Position numbers and translations under genes: made by a program. DNA of 32,000 nucleotides from Methanothermus fervidus DSM 2088 (GTDB taxonomy: Archaea; Methanobacteriota; Methanobacteria; DSM-2088; Methanothermaceae), in the NCBI GenBank assembly GCA_000166095.1, contig CP002278.1, positions 540,001 to 572,000 of the forward strand, given 5' to 3'. Numbering within the stretch: the stretch's first letter is position 1; each line of letters starts with the position of its first letter. Under the pieces are notes generated by a model that was not told the DNA's origin, did no database searches, and was given only the letters and a program-made list of their open reading frames with translations. This document shows, one piece after another, positions 1 through 8,320 of this stretch.

Positions 1-40
1 CAGCAACTTTGTTTAAAGAAATCACTATATCTTTTTCCAT
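1..40 (-). CDS. Start of a gene running off the window, possibly the ABC transporter ATP-binding subunit (N-terminal 13 codons only)
   Basis: The reverse complement of 1-40 reads ATG GAA AAA GAT ATA GTG ATT TCT TTA AAC AAA GTT GCT (MEKDIVISLNKVA). It lies directly downstream of the substrate-binding protein gene on the same strand. The product is guessed from context only. Confidence 0.3.
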   Translation of the reverse strand, partial: MEKDIVISLNKVA

Positions 41-53
41 ATTATTCACAATT

Positions 54-917
54 TCAGTGTTTTTTATGTATCTTTTGTAGTTGCATTATAATCAAGTCTA
101 CATTTTTAATGAAGGAATCTTTCCATGTACTTGTGCCTTCCATTCCTCCAGGATAGTTACTCAATGTTACCATAGGGATATTTAATTCTTTAGATATGGC
201 GTTAGCTGCTGCTCTGTCAGGTGATTGTAGATTGTCTATCACTAATTCAGCTCCTTCTTGACGTCCTCTTTCAATTAATTGTTTTACTTTTCCCATAGGT
301 ATATCTGGAGGATAAACTGCCACTATTTCAAATCCAGCCCATTTAGCAAATCCTGTTTGGTATAATGCTACAATAACTTTTGTCTTATTGGCACCATATT
401 GATTTAATCTTTTTTTCTGTTCTGCTGCTATTTTTTTAGTTTCCAATTTTAAAGCTTCAGCTCTTTGTTTATAATAATTGGCATTTTTAGGATCTATTTT
501 AATAAGGGCATTAGTAACATTATCTATACCAACAATACGCATTGGTGGTGTCATAAATGTTGCATTCATCATTCCAACTGTAACAATTGTAACATTAGTA
601 TTTCCTGATGATTTTACTAATTTATCACTAAATTTTTGACTATCATAATCATGTCTTAAAAACAACTTGGCTTTTTTTAAAGTTTCCATTGTTTCTGGTT
701 TAATATCAAAATGTCCAGGACATTGGGCAGGAGGAACAATATTTTGAACTTCTATTTTTTCTCCACCCACTGCTTTAGCTATGTCAGCTATGTCACTACT
801 TGTTGTAACTACATATATTTTATTTGATTCGGGTTGTATTCCAAACTCATAGGCTATAATACCTCCTGCTATAACAAGCAGAAGAACAATACATCCGATT
901 ATCCATTTTCTTTCCAT
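54..917 (-). CDS. Metal ABC transporter substrate-binding protein (ZnuA/TroA-like), with an N-terminal membrane anchor
   Basis: The 287-aa ORF has an N-terminal hydrophobic segment (WIIGCIVLLLVIAGGIIAY). Its overall pattern is typical of cluster-9 metal-binding proteins (YVVTTSSDIADIAKAVGG..., QCPGHFDIKP). An SD GGAGGTGA lies upstream of the ATG. Confidence 0.65.
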   Translation of the reverse strand: MERKWIIGCIVLLLVIAGGIIAYEFGIQPESNKIYVVTTSSDIADIAKAVGGEKIEVQNIVPPAQCPGHFDIKPETMETLKKAKLFLRHDYDSQKFSDKLVKSSGNTNVTIVTVGMMNATFMTPPMRIVGIDNVTNALIKIDPKNANYYKQRAEALKLETKKIAAEQKKRLNQYGANKTKVIVALYQTGFAKWAGFEIVAVYPPDIPMGKVKQLIERGRQEGAELVIDNLQSPDRAAANAISKELNIPMVTLSNYPGGMEGTSTWKDSFIKNVDLIIMQLQKIHKKH

Positions 918-1014
918 CTCAATGTCACCTCCAAATTTATCTTTATCATAATTTTATTAATAAGTTTATTATTATTTAATAAATTTTAATGTTTTAAAAA
1001 TAAAAATTTATAAC

Positions 1015-1683
1015 TCAAATTTTAATAGTTGTTCCAACTCCTGCTTTTATACATTCAAATTTTTTATCTAAAATCTTTTTATCTAATTCATCTGAGCAAT
1101 GACAAATAACAATTTTTTTAACACCAATATCATGTAAAAATTTAGCTGCTTTCTCTGTTTCTAATGGACTATGAAGACAAAAACCACAAAATGCACAATT
1201 AATATCTTTTTTCATTGTCTCATAAGCTTTTTTTATAATTTTCAATGCTCTTAAAGGTGTCCTAGAAACAAAAATAGTCATGTTTTCATCTTCTGTAAAT
1301 ATGAGAGCCTGACTATTATCATAGTTTATAATAAATATGCCTTCATAGATCTTCTGGCAACCTTCGATTACATTATATGAATTACTCTGTAGTGCACTAT
1401 ATCTTCCTGGAATATAAACATTGGGGCTTGGATTGGTCTTTAATAAACCACGCAGGCCTCCAATATGGTCACCATGTGTATGGGAGATAACTATCGAATG
1501 AATATCCTCCACATTTAAACCTAATTGATTAATATTATTAATAAGTATTTTAGAATCAGCGCCAGTGTCAAATAATATAGATCTTCCATGACTTCTAATA
1601 AAAACCGAGAATCCCCAAGAAGCTATTAAACCTTTTTCCTCTTTACCAATATTGTTGTCATATACTACCTTTGCATTTATCAT
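1015..1683 (-). CDS. MBL-fold metallo-hydrolase (COG1237-like)
   Basis: HTHGDHIGG (HxHxDH) motif. The N-terminal pattern VYDNN...GL.ASWGFS...ILFDTG is typical of the COG1237 beta-lactamase-fold family. Its ATG overlaps the upstream stop as ATGA (1680-1683). Confidence 0.75.
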   Translation of the reverse strand: MINAKVVYDNNIGKEEKGLIASWGFSVFIRSHGRSILFDTGADSKILINNINQLGLNVEDIHSIVISHTHGDHIGGLRGLLKTNPSPNVYIPGRYSALQSNSYNVIEGCQKIYEGIFIINYDNSQALIFTEDENMTIFVSRTPLRALKIIKKAYETMKKDINCAFCGFCLHSPLETEKAAKFLHDIGVKKIVICHCSDELDKKILDKKFECIKAGVGTTIKI

Positions 1684-2738
1684 TTTATCCCCTTTTTAAT
1701 GAAACTTTCCCACTCATTTATTTCTTGTATAAGCCTTTCTAAAATTTTCTCTACACAATTAAACTTCATATTTTTTACATAATATTCCTCTAGTTTACGA
1801 TGGTATTTATAAGCTCTTCTAAAGTTCTTTATAGCATATTCAATAAGCTCTTCCATCTTTTTTTCTTCTGGCATCTGTAGAGGACCATTATTGATATTAT
1901 AAACTTCTTCACATTTTTTATCAGGAATATCAGTATTGGATATAATTGCTAAATTTAAATCTGGGAAAATTAAATGTTCTATGTTGTAAGGATCGAGAGG
2001 ATGATGACAATATTCAATGTTAAATCTATTTAATACGGCTTCTTCGCCAATTTTTTTTAGTATCTTTGTTATACAATATTCATTTCCAATAATTTTATAA
2101 ATTGTATATCCTTTTACGAGCGTTTTGATGAATGTTTTATAGCCTTCTGGTGTGAAAGCACTTGCAAAAACATGTCTTTTAAGACCCAATTTTTTTGAAT
2201 TTGAAGATGATACTAAAATATTTCTTTTGAGTTCTTTTACAACTTTATTAATTTCCAACAGGCTCTGATAGGTACAAGTAACATCTCTTATATTTTCAGC
2301 CATTAATTTAGCTGCTTTAAGATATCTACATGCTCTCTTCAAATTTCTTCGAACATTCTTGAAAAGGAAGATAATGTCGTTTTTATAGCAAAAAAGATTG
2401 GAAGCTTGAAGACACCTGTCAAGATTAACGATGCTCTCAACAACTCCTGGAAACTCAGGGTCCATCACATGATGACCAGTAGTAGCAGCGACTGCTAAAT
2501 TTAGGGAATGTATTACTGCTGCATCAAGAGAGTTACAATCTAGAGAACAAAATTGAAGTTCAACATCATAGCCTTTATTTATCATTTCATCAGCTACAGA
2601 TTTTATAATCGTAGATTTACCATGCCCCGGGCCTCCTTTTAATATAAATATCCTTCCTTTATCCTTTTCTTTTAGAAAATTAAAAAAAGAACAAAATCCA
2701 CGGGCAGTGTTACAACCAAAAAATATTTTTCTAATCAC
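1680..2738 (-). CDS. P-loop NTPase of unknown function
   Basis: Walker A motif GGPGHGKST. From memory, the overall sequence resembles an uncharacterised ATPase family common in Firmicutes. The track start at 2765 is TTG. I prefer GTG at 2738, which is preceded by GGAGGAATTATT (SD plus 7 nt). Confidence 0.6.
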   Translation of the reverse strand: MIRKIFFGCNTARGFCSFFNFLKEKDKGRIFILKGGPGHGKSTIIKSVADEMINKGYDVELQFCSLDCNSLDAAVIHSLNLAVAATTGHHVMDPEFPGVVESIVNLDRCLQASNLFCYKNDIIFLFKNVRRNLKRACRYLKAAKLMAENIRDVTCTYQSLLEINKVVKELKRNILVSSSNSKKLGLKRHVFASAFTPEGYKTFIKTLVKGYTIYKIIGNEYCITKILKKIGEEAVLNRFNIEYCHHPLDPYNIEHLIFPDLNLAIISNTDIPDKKCEEVYNINNGPLQMPEEKKMEELIEYAIKNFRRAYKYHRKLEEYYVKNMKFNCVEKILERLIQEINEWESFIKKGIK

Positions 2739-3513
2739 AATAATTCCTCCGTTTTTCAGCCACAATCATAAAAGCAGGTCCCCAGTAACCTCTTTTTATG
2801 TATTCTATCTTTCCTTGCAATCCTCTATAAAGAAAAGGATATATATCCGATATTACCTTTATTACTCTATATCCTAATGAGTTTAATATTTTTATATCAT
2901 CCTCAGGACGTGTTAATCTGGCAGTAGGATATTTGTAGGATACCAACTCCTGCTTTTTATGGCGTCCAGGTTTTCGCTTTTCTGTAAGGTATATTAACCC
3001 CCATGCTAAAGAACGCCAAATATTTGCAGTAAGGGACTTACGATATCTAAACCAATTACCATCTATATTTATCAATCTTCCATTATTTTTTATGATATGA
3101 TACCATTCTCTATATGCTTTTTTGAGATCTGGTAAGCACCATGTTAGATATCTACTAATAACAACGTCAAAATCTTCAGAATAAACGTCAGATAAATTCA
3201 TAGCATCCTCTAATTTGAAATTGATATTTAAACCTCTTTGGATAGCTCTTTTTTTAGCAATGTTTAACATTCTTGATGAAACATCTATTGCTGTTACAGA
3301 ATGTCCTAATTCTGCTAGAACTATTGCTAAAAATCCTGTCCCTGTACCTATATCTAAAACAGATAAATTATCTTCTTCAGGTAATACTTTTTTTAAAAGA
3401 TTTTTCCAAGCGTCAAAAAGCCATTTTTTTTCCAATTCTCTTTGTACAACCGACTCATCAAAAATTTCTGCCCATTTATTCCACCATTTCGGATTTGCAG
3501 GATTCACACTCAT
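2731..3513 (-). CDS. Class I SAM-dependent methyltransferase
   Basis: Motif I VLDIGTGTGFLA followed by an acidic loop (AIDVS), with a Methyltransf_11/25-like layout. SD AAGGTG lies 7 nt upstream of the ATG at 3513. Confidence 0.8.
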   Translation of the reverse strand: MSVNPANPKWWNKWAEIFDESVVQRELEKKWLFDAWKNLLKKVLPEEDNLSVLDIGTGTGFLAIVLAELGHSVTAIDVSSRMLNIAKKRAIQRGLNINFKLEDAMNLSDVYSEDFDVVISRYLTWCLPDLKKAYREWYHIIKNNGRLINIDGNWFRYRKSLTANIWRSLAWGLIYLTEKRKPGRHKKQELVSYKYPTARLTRPEDDIKILNSLGYRVIKVISDIYPFLYRGLQGKIEYIKRGYWGPAFMIVAEKRRNYCD

Positions 3514-4765
3514 CTTTTAACACCTTTTTTACCTTATTTTTTATATCGTCATCATTTAGCATGTAAAGCCCTTTATTTTTCATTCTCTGAAAATACAATC
3601 CTCCAGAAAAAGTGTATTTGTTCTTAAGATCTCCTGTTTTAACACGTTCATTTTCATATAAAATTATATCACCAACAGACAAAAGTGAAGGTAATTTCAA
3701 AAGTTTCTTTTTCTTTGAATAATTTACAGAATTATAACCTGCAATAAATCCTGTTGCCATTGCTTCAACGCAGCCTACAAAAAAACCTGATTTTTCACCT
3801 ACACAAAAAAGATTTTTTATACCTTTGACTTTTAAAGCATTATTTCTTGGAGCCCTAGATAAAAATCTTATTGAATTAGAATCACTTCTTTGGGGATGTG
3901 CATACATCACATTTTCAAAGCCATCTAATTTCCTAAGCTCTTCAAGAGGATAAAAAGGTTTCATAAGTTTAGCATAAGTCCCTGTATCCAATAATATAAT
4001 ATTCTTTTTAAATATTGGCGATGCATATTGTTGACATGCTTTTATATCTAAGTAATTTATTTCTGTCCAATTGTTAGGATCTGGAATGATTAAAAAACCA
4101 TTTTCTTCTAATTGGGATTTTAATTCTTCGTCTAAAGTTTCTTTGATTAGAGTACATGCGCCACTAAAAGCACCAAAGCCTTCATCTTTATTTCTTCTAC
4201 TTGCTAATTCATTAATACCAGCTCTACCACTTATACTAACCCTTGGACCAAAAGAAGGACATCTTAGTACACAAATAGAACATCCATTTCCGTATTTTAG
4301 ACAATTCCCCATTGGACCTGCAGAACCTGTGGCGTCAACGAATACATCTCCATCTATTGACATTTCATTAGAGAGAATTACTTCATTGATCTTTTTATTT
4401 TCAACTACCACGTCATCCGCTCTGCACCGGAAATATAAATTTACACCCATATTTTTAAGGATTTTACGAATTTGAGGCTCTACTTTTACTGGATCATATA
4501 ATTTTGTATGATGATGTCCTGGAAGATCCACACTTTCATGTACTGTAGCATTGTTAATTGTATCTAATAATTCACCACAACCAAGATATTCTAATTCTTT
4601 TGTGGCAGTATATCTGCCATTGTTTTCTGTAATTCCAGCCGCTAAACCACATCCTAGAAGAGTATCTGATTTTTCGATTAAAGTAACTTCTGCACCTAAT
4701 TTACTAGCTACAAATGCAGCAGTACACCCTGCCCACCCACCTCCTACTATAACAACCTTAACCAT
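3476..4765 (-). CDS. FAD-dependent oxidoreductase with an internal 4-Cys Fe-S motif (GidA/TrmFO-like C-terminal signature)
   Basis: N-terminal dinucleotide-binding motif VVIVGGGWAGCTAA...LIEKS. Internal motif C-x6-C-x2-C-x3-CP (GNCLKYGNGCSICVLRCP, nt 4256-4303). The C-terminal LFCVGEKSGFFVGCVEAMATGFIAGYN resembles the GidA/TrmFO signature. I prefer ATG at 4765 (SD AGGTGA plus 5 nt) over the track GTG at 4774. Confidence 0.7.
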   Translation of the reverse strand: MVKVVIVGGGWAGCTAAFVASKLGAEVTLIEKSDTLLGCGLAAGITENNGRYTATKELEYLGCGELLDTINNATVHESVDLPGHHHTKLYDPVKVEPQIRKILKNMGVNLYFRCRADDVVVENKKINEVILSNEMSIDGDVFVDATGSAGPMGNCLKYGNGCSICVLRCPSFGPRVSISGRAGINELASRRNKDEGFGAFSGACTLIKETLDEELKSQLEENGFLIIPDPNNWTEINYLDIKACQQYASPIFKKNIILLDTGTYAKLMKPFYPLEELRKLDGFENVMYAHPQRSDSNSIRFLSRAPRNNALKVKGIKNLFCVGEKSGFFVGCVEAMATGFIAGYNSVNYSKKKKLLKLPSLLSVGDIILYENERVKTGDLKNKYTFSGGLYFQRMKNKGLYMLNDDDIKNKVKKVLKDECESCKSEMVE

Positions 4766-4770
4766 TACTG

Positions 4771-5688
4771 TCACCTAAATTGTATTTTACAAGATCTTAA
4801 TTTATAACCAGATATTGTGATCTCACAACTTCCACAAATCCCTTCACCACAACATAATCGATTATTATTTGAAAATGCAACTTTAACTTTATTTTGACGT
4901 GCTTTTAAAAAATTAAAAATTCTATCTTGTAAATCTCGACATCCTCCTACATAGATAAAATCTATGTCTTTTAAATCAAGATCCTTTAGCCAATTATTTC
5001 CGTTTAAATTAATGGTTTGAATTTCTATCTTATTACTGTTTATATATTTTTTTATGAAAAACGGACATAATTTATCCTTAAAAATAAAAACAATGTTATT
5101 GTGTTTTAGCAATTCATTAATTAATAAAACAGCTGAAGTTTGTGCCATTCCACTTAAAATAAGAACGCACTTTGATTTATTCAGGTTTTCTATATTTTTT
5201 AATCCAATAATACCATTGTAATAAGGACCTCGTACCATTATACTGTTTTTTTCTAAAGATAATGCTTTTGTTTTTGGTCCTTTTATTTTTACTGCTAGTT
5301 CTATGTAATTATAAGTTTCGTTGACATACATCACAGCCACAGGTAAATCAAAATAAGGAGGCATAGAGGACGGTCTGATGAATACGTAAGATCCTGGTTT
5401 TTTCAATTCAATAAGAAATGTATGTGGAAGTTTTAACCTGAGAAATAGGATGTCATTCTTCATGTCTTTATTCAGTACTTTAGATGACACTGTCTTTCGC
5501 AACTTTATATTACCCGTGCTCCATATATATTCATAGTATTTACATATACCTCTCCATTTGCAGTCGCAAAACTTCTCACCTCTTAGAAGAGGACATTCAT
5601 AACATTCCCCTAATTTAGCTAGGTAACAAGGACAGTATTCAGTGCCTGCATCAATACACTCAAATTTAGAGAAATTTTTATTTTTCAT
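4771..5688 (-). CDS. PyrK / sulfide-dehydrogenase-like FAD/NAD-binding electron-transfer protein with a Cys-rich N-terminal extension and a C-terminal 2Fe-2S motif
   Basis: The central region looks like a ferredoxin-reductase fold. The C-terminal CCGEGICGSCE...C motif is typical of PyrK-type 2Fe-2S sites. The N-terminus carries 8 Cys (C-x7-C-x-C-x7-C-x2-C-x8-C-x-C-x5-C). I prefer ATG at 5688 (SD AAGGTGA plus 5 nt) over GTG at 5697. Confidence 0.7.
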   Translation of the reverse strand: MKNKNFSKFECIDAGTEYCPCYLAKLGECYECPLLRGEKFCDCKWRGICKYYEYIWSTGNIKLRKTVSSKVLNKDMKNDILFLRLKLPHTFLIELKKPGSYVFIRPSSMPPYFDLPVAVMYVNETYNYIELAVKIKGPKTKALSLEKNSIMVRGPYYNGIIGLKNIENLNKSKCVLILSGMAQTSAVLLINELLKHNNIVFIFKDKLCPFFIKKYINSNKIEIQTINLNGNNWLKDLDLKDIDFIYVGGCRDLQDRIFNFLKARQNKVKVAFSNNNRLCCGEGICGSCEITISGYKLRSCKIQFR

Positions 5689-7057
5689 TAATTTCACCTT
5701 TTCTTAAAACTCTCAGTGTCGAGAAATCTTTTGCTAAAATGGTCAATAAAAGTGAAATTACAAGAAATATTATTATAACAATAATAGATGAACGCACTAC
5801 AAGTTCAAATGCCTCTTTATTTAGTGGTAAAGGACCTTTGATGAATAATTTCATAAGTGAGATCACTATTGCCATTGCAATACTCATTCCTACTATTGAA
5901 GATGTTCCATATGTTCCAGCCCCCACGCCCAAAAATTCTCTTCCAACAGCGCTCAATACTAATTTTGTGTTCGCCGTGAAAAATAATCCAAAACCAATAC
6001 CATATATAATAAGCCCCAACAAAATAAATTGATAGTTTAGACTAATTATAAAACTTAGCGAAAGAATTAGAAAAATGATACCTATTGAAGCTACAACTGC
6101 TGGATTTTTCTTATCAGATAACCATCCAGAAACAGGTGAAATTAATCCAATTATTAATGGAGCAATTGTCAATATGAACCCTGTTTTTGGGACTGGTAAC
6201 CGTAAGAAATACTGAAGATACATACTCAATAAAAACTGGATAGGATACATCGCCATCATTGCAAAAAAGTAGGATAATAAATTATAACTAAATTCTTTTT
6301 TCTTAAATAGATGTATTTCAACTAATGGATTTTTTAACTTTTTTTCATGTACATAAAACGATGCCAATAATATCAAACCAAATACAACAAAAATAACATT
6401 TTCTACTTTTTTGATTGAAGACAAACCATAGACAATGAAAATCATTGAAAGTGCCATAAGCACTGCACCTTTAAAATCAAAAGGTTTTTGCTTTCCATAC
6501 CACTCTTCCTGTGTCTTAACAATTAACATGAAACATATCAATGCAATAGGTACTACTGAGTAGAATACGCTTTGCCATCCAAATTTTCCTGTCAAAATGC
6601 CACCTAAAAATGGCCCAAGAACCATTCCACTGAAACCACCCATACTTATCCATCCATATGCCTTACCTCTTTTAGTCATAGGGAGGGCTGAGCTAATTGT
6701 AGAAAGTACACCTCCAAATATCATCGCAGCTCCTATTCCTTGAAATGTTCTAAAAATTAAGATCATTTCGCAAGAGACCGAAAAGGCTGCAAGTATGGAG
6801 GAAATCAGGAATATTAAAATCCCTGTCAATAATATCTTTTTTCTTCCGTAAATATCTGCAATACATCCAAAAGGTATCTGTAATGCTGCTAATGCAAGAA
6901 AATATGCGGTAGGAATCCACGCAAGTATAACAGGGCTACCATGTAATATTTTTCCAATAGGAGGTAAAGCTACATTTAATGCATACATTAAAAAAGGCAA
7001 CATAAATTGTGTTAATACAAGTGCAAACAACAACTTCTTTTGTTCCATATTTCCCAC
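5678..7057 (-). CDS. MFS transporter (DHA2/EmrB-like, about 14 TM segments)
   Basis: 459 aa and hydrophobic throughout. It carries the MFS motif-A-like GCIADIYGRKKILL. SD AAGGAGGTGGG lies upstream of the ATG. Confidence 0.8.
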   Translation of the reverse strand: MGNMEQKKLLFALVLTQFMLPFLMYALNVALPPIGKILHGSPVILAWIPTAYFLALAALQIPFGCIADIYGRKKILLTGILIFLISSILAAFSVSCEMILIFRTFQGIGAAMIFGGVLSTISSALPMTKRGKAYGWISMGGFSGMVLGPFLGGILTGKFGWQSVFYSVVPIALICFMLIVKTQEEWYGKQKPFDFKGAVLMALSMIFIVYGLSSIKKVENVIFVVFGLILLASFYVHEKKLKNPLVEIHLFKKKEFSYNLLSYFFAMMAMYPIQFLLSMYLQYFLRLPVPKTGFILTIAPLIIGLISPVSGWLSDKKNPAVVASIGIIFLILSLSFIISLNYQFILLGLIIYGIGFGLFFTANTKLVLSAVGREFLGVGAGTYGTSSIVGMSIAMAIVISLMKLFIKGPLPLNKEAFELVVRSSIIVIIIFLVISLLLTILAKDFSTLRVLRKGEINEK

Positions 7058-7101
7058 CTCCTTGTTTTAAACCTGAAACAACTATTGGCTGATGGTATTA
7101 A

Positions 7102-7136
7102 TAAAATTTACTTTAAAAATTAAAAAGTAAATTTTA
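7102..7136. repeat. Perfect 13-bp inverted repeat (hairpin) between two minus-strand operons
   Basis: TAAAATTTACTTT (7102-7114), a 9-nt loop, then AAAGTAAATTTTA (7124-7136). The minus-strand RNA contains U5 runs. The repeat lies about 85 nt after the O-methyltransferase stop and next to a TTTATATATA TATA-like element for the MFS gene. Confidence 0.4.
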
Positions 7137-7219
7137 TATATAAATAACATTCACTAGTGGCACTGAACAAAATTAAAAATTGGATTAAAAAGGAAATAAC
7201 ATTAATAATTAATTTTGAC

Positions 7220-8320
7220 CTAATTAGGCTGCTTCTTACAGATTATAATTTTTGAATCAAGAACATCTCCAAATTTATAAAGAGGTAGCCTACTGAATTT
7301 TTTGCTTTCAACTATATCAACAATAGAAAAGTATTTTTTTAGCAATTCTAAATAATCTTCGTAATAAAGGTCCCCTTCAAAACTATAAATCTTATCTTTC
7401 TTTTTTACACCTTCAAATTTCGTAAGATTCCATTCAAGATCCAGAAGTGGATCTTTAGAACCTTCACCTTTCTTGTAAAACGCATGTTTAGTTATGAAAA
7501 TTCCTCCATCATTTAAAGCTTTGTGAATTTTTGGAACCAGTTTTGGGTTTTTTCCGCCTGGATTATATGAGAAAAATATAATATCATACCCACTACCTAT
7601 ATCATCTACAAAAAAGTTACCTTCAATTACCTTTACCCTATCTGCATTAAAAGTTTCAAGATACTTACGTGTATCTTTGATAACATTTGGAAAATCAAAA
7701 ACATAAGCCTTTAAATTAGGGTTTAGTGTTGTAAATGCGATAGAATAAAGTCCATGACCACCTCCAAGATCTAATAATTTTCGAGCTTTCTGAAACTCTG
7801 GAAGCCTAGCAACTATATTTACAGTATCTTGAAGTTCGCCTGTAAGTATCTCTGCCGCAAGCGCATGAATAAGATTATCCTCAAAAAAATCTTCTTCATC
7901 AATATGTAACGGTCCACTCTTCATAATAGAAGGTAATCTTTCCCAAATTTTAAAACCATTATATAAGTTTTTGATAACTTCTATTTGAGAATAGTCAGAA
8001 TCTGTTTTTAGGAAAAGTTCAGCAATTTTTGTGTTTTTATATTTATCCTTTTTTTTGTTCAATAATCCTATGTTTGAAAGTACTTCACATAAGATATGAG
8101 TTAAACGAGGATGTGTTCCTATCTTATCTGATAAATCTTTTGGTTTTTTAAACTCTTCAAGGTTATCAAAAAGATTGAGACTTGTTGCTGTGTATAATAC
8201 ACAGAAAAGTTTATAATACTTAGAAGATGATCCTAAGATATCATATAACTTTTTGACATCTGTAATTTTAGGTTTTTTAAGGAGAATATTCTTTTTAGTC
8301 ACCAATAACACCTCTTGCAT
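7220..8320 (-). CDS. O-methyltransferase family 2-like SAM-dependent methyltransferase with an N-terminal dimerisation/wHTH-like domain
   Basis: SAM motif LLDLGGGHGLYS, downstream DFP..., and about 150 aa of N-terminal domain as in small-molecule O-methyltransferases. An alternative start is GTG at 8302 (SD GAGGTG plus 6 nt, with a GTGA overlap on the upstream stop). Confidence 0.7.
   Translation of the reverse strand: MQEVLLVTKKNILLKKPKITDVKKLYDILGSSSKYYKLFCVLYTATSLNLFDNLEEFKKPKDLSDKIGTHPRLTHILCEVLSNIGLLNKKKDKYKNTKIAELFLKTDSDYSQIEVIKNLYNGFKIWERLPSIMKSGPLHIDEEDFFEDNLIHALAAEILTGELQDTVNIVARLPEFQKARKLLDLGGGHGLYSIAFTTLNPNLKAYVFDFPNVIKDTRKYLETFNADRVKVIEGNFFVDDIGSGYDIIFFSYNPGGKNPKLVPKIHKALNDGGIFITKHAFYKKGEGSKDPLLDLEWNLTKFEGVKKKDKIYSFEGDLYYEDYLELLKKYFSIVDIVESKKFSRLPLYKFGDVLDSKIIICKKQPN

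Noticed and set aside
3215-4778. Several + strand ORFs (3215-3520, 3273-3566, 3442-3627, 4071-4475, 4551-4778) antisense to the methyltransferase and flavoprotein genes
   Set aside because: All are antisense to genes with clear motifs. Their translations are low-complexity and they lack RBSs.
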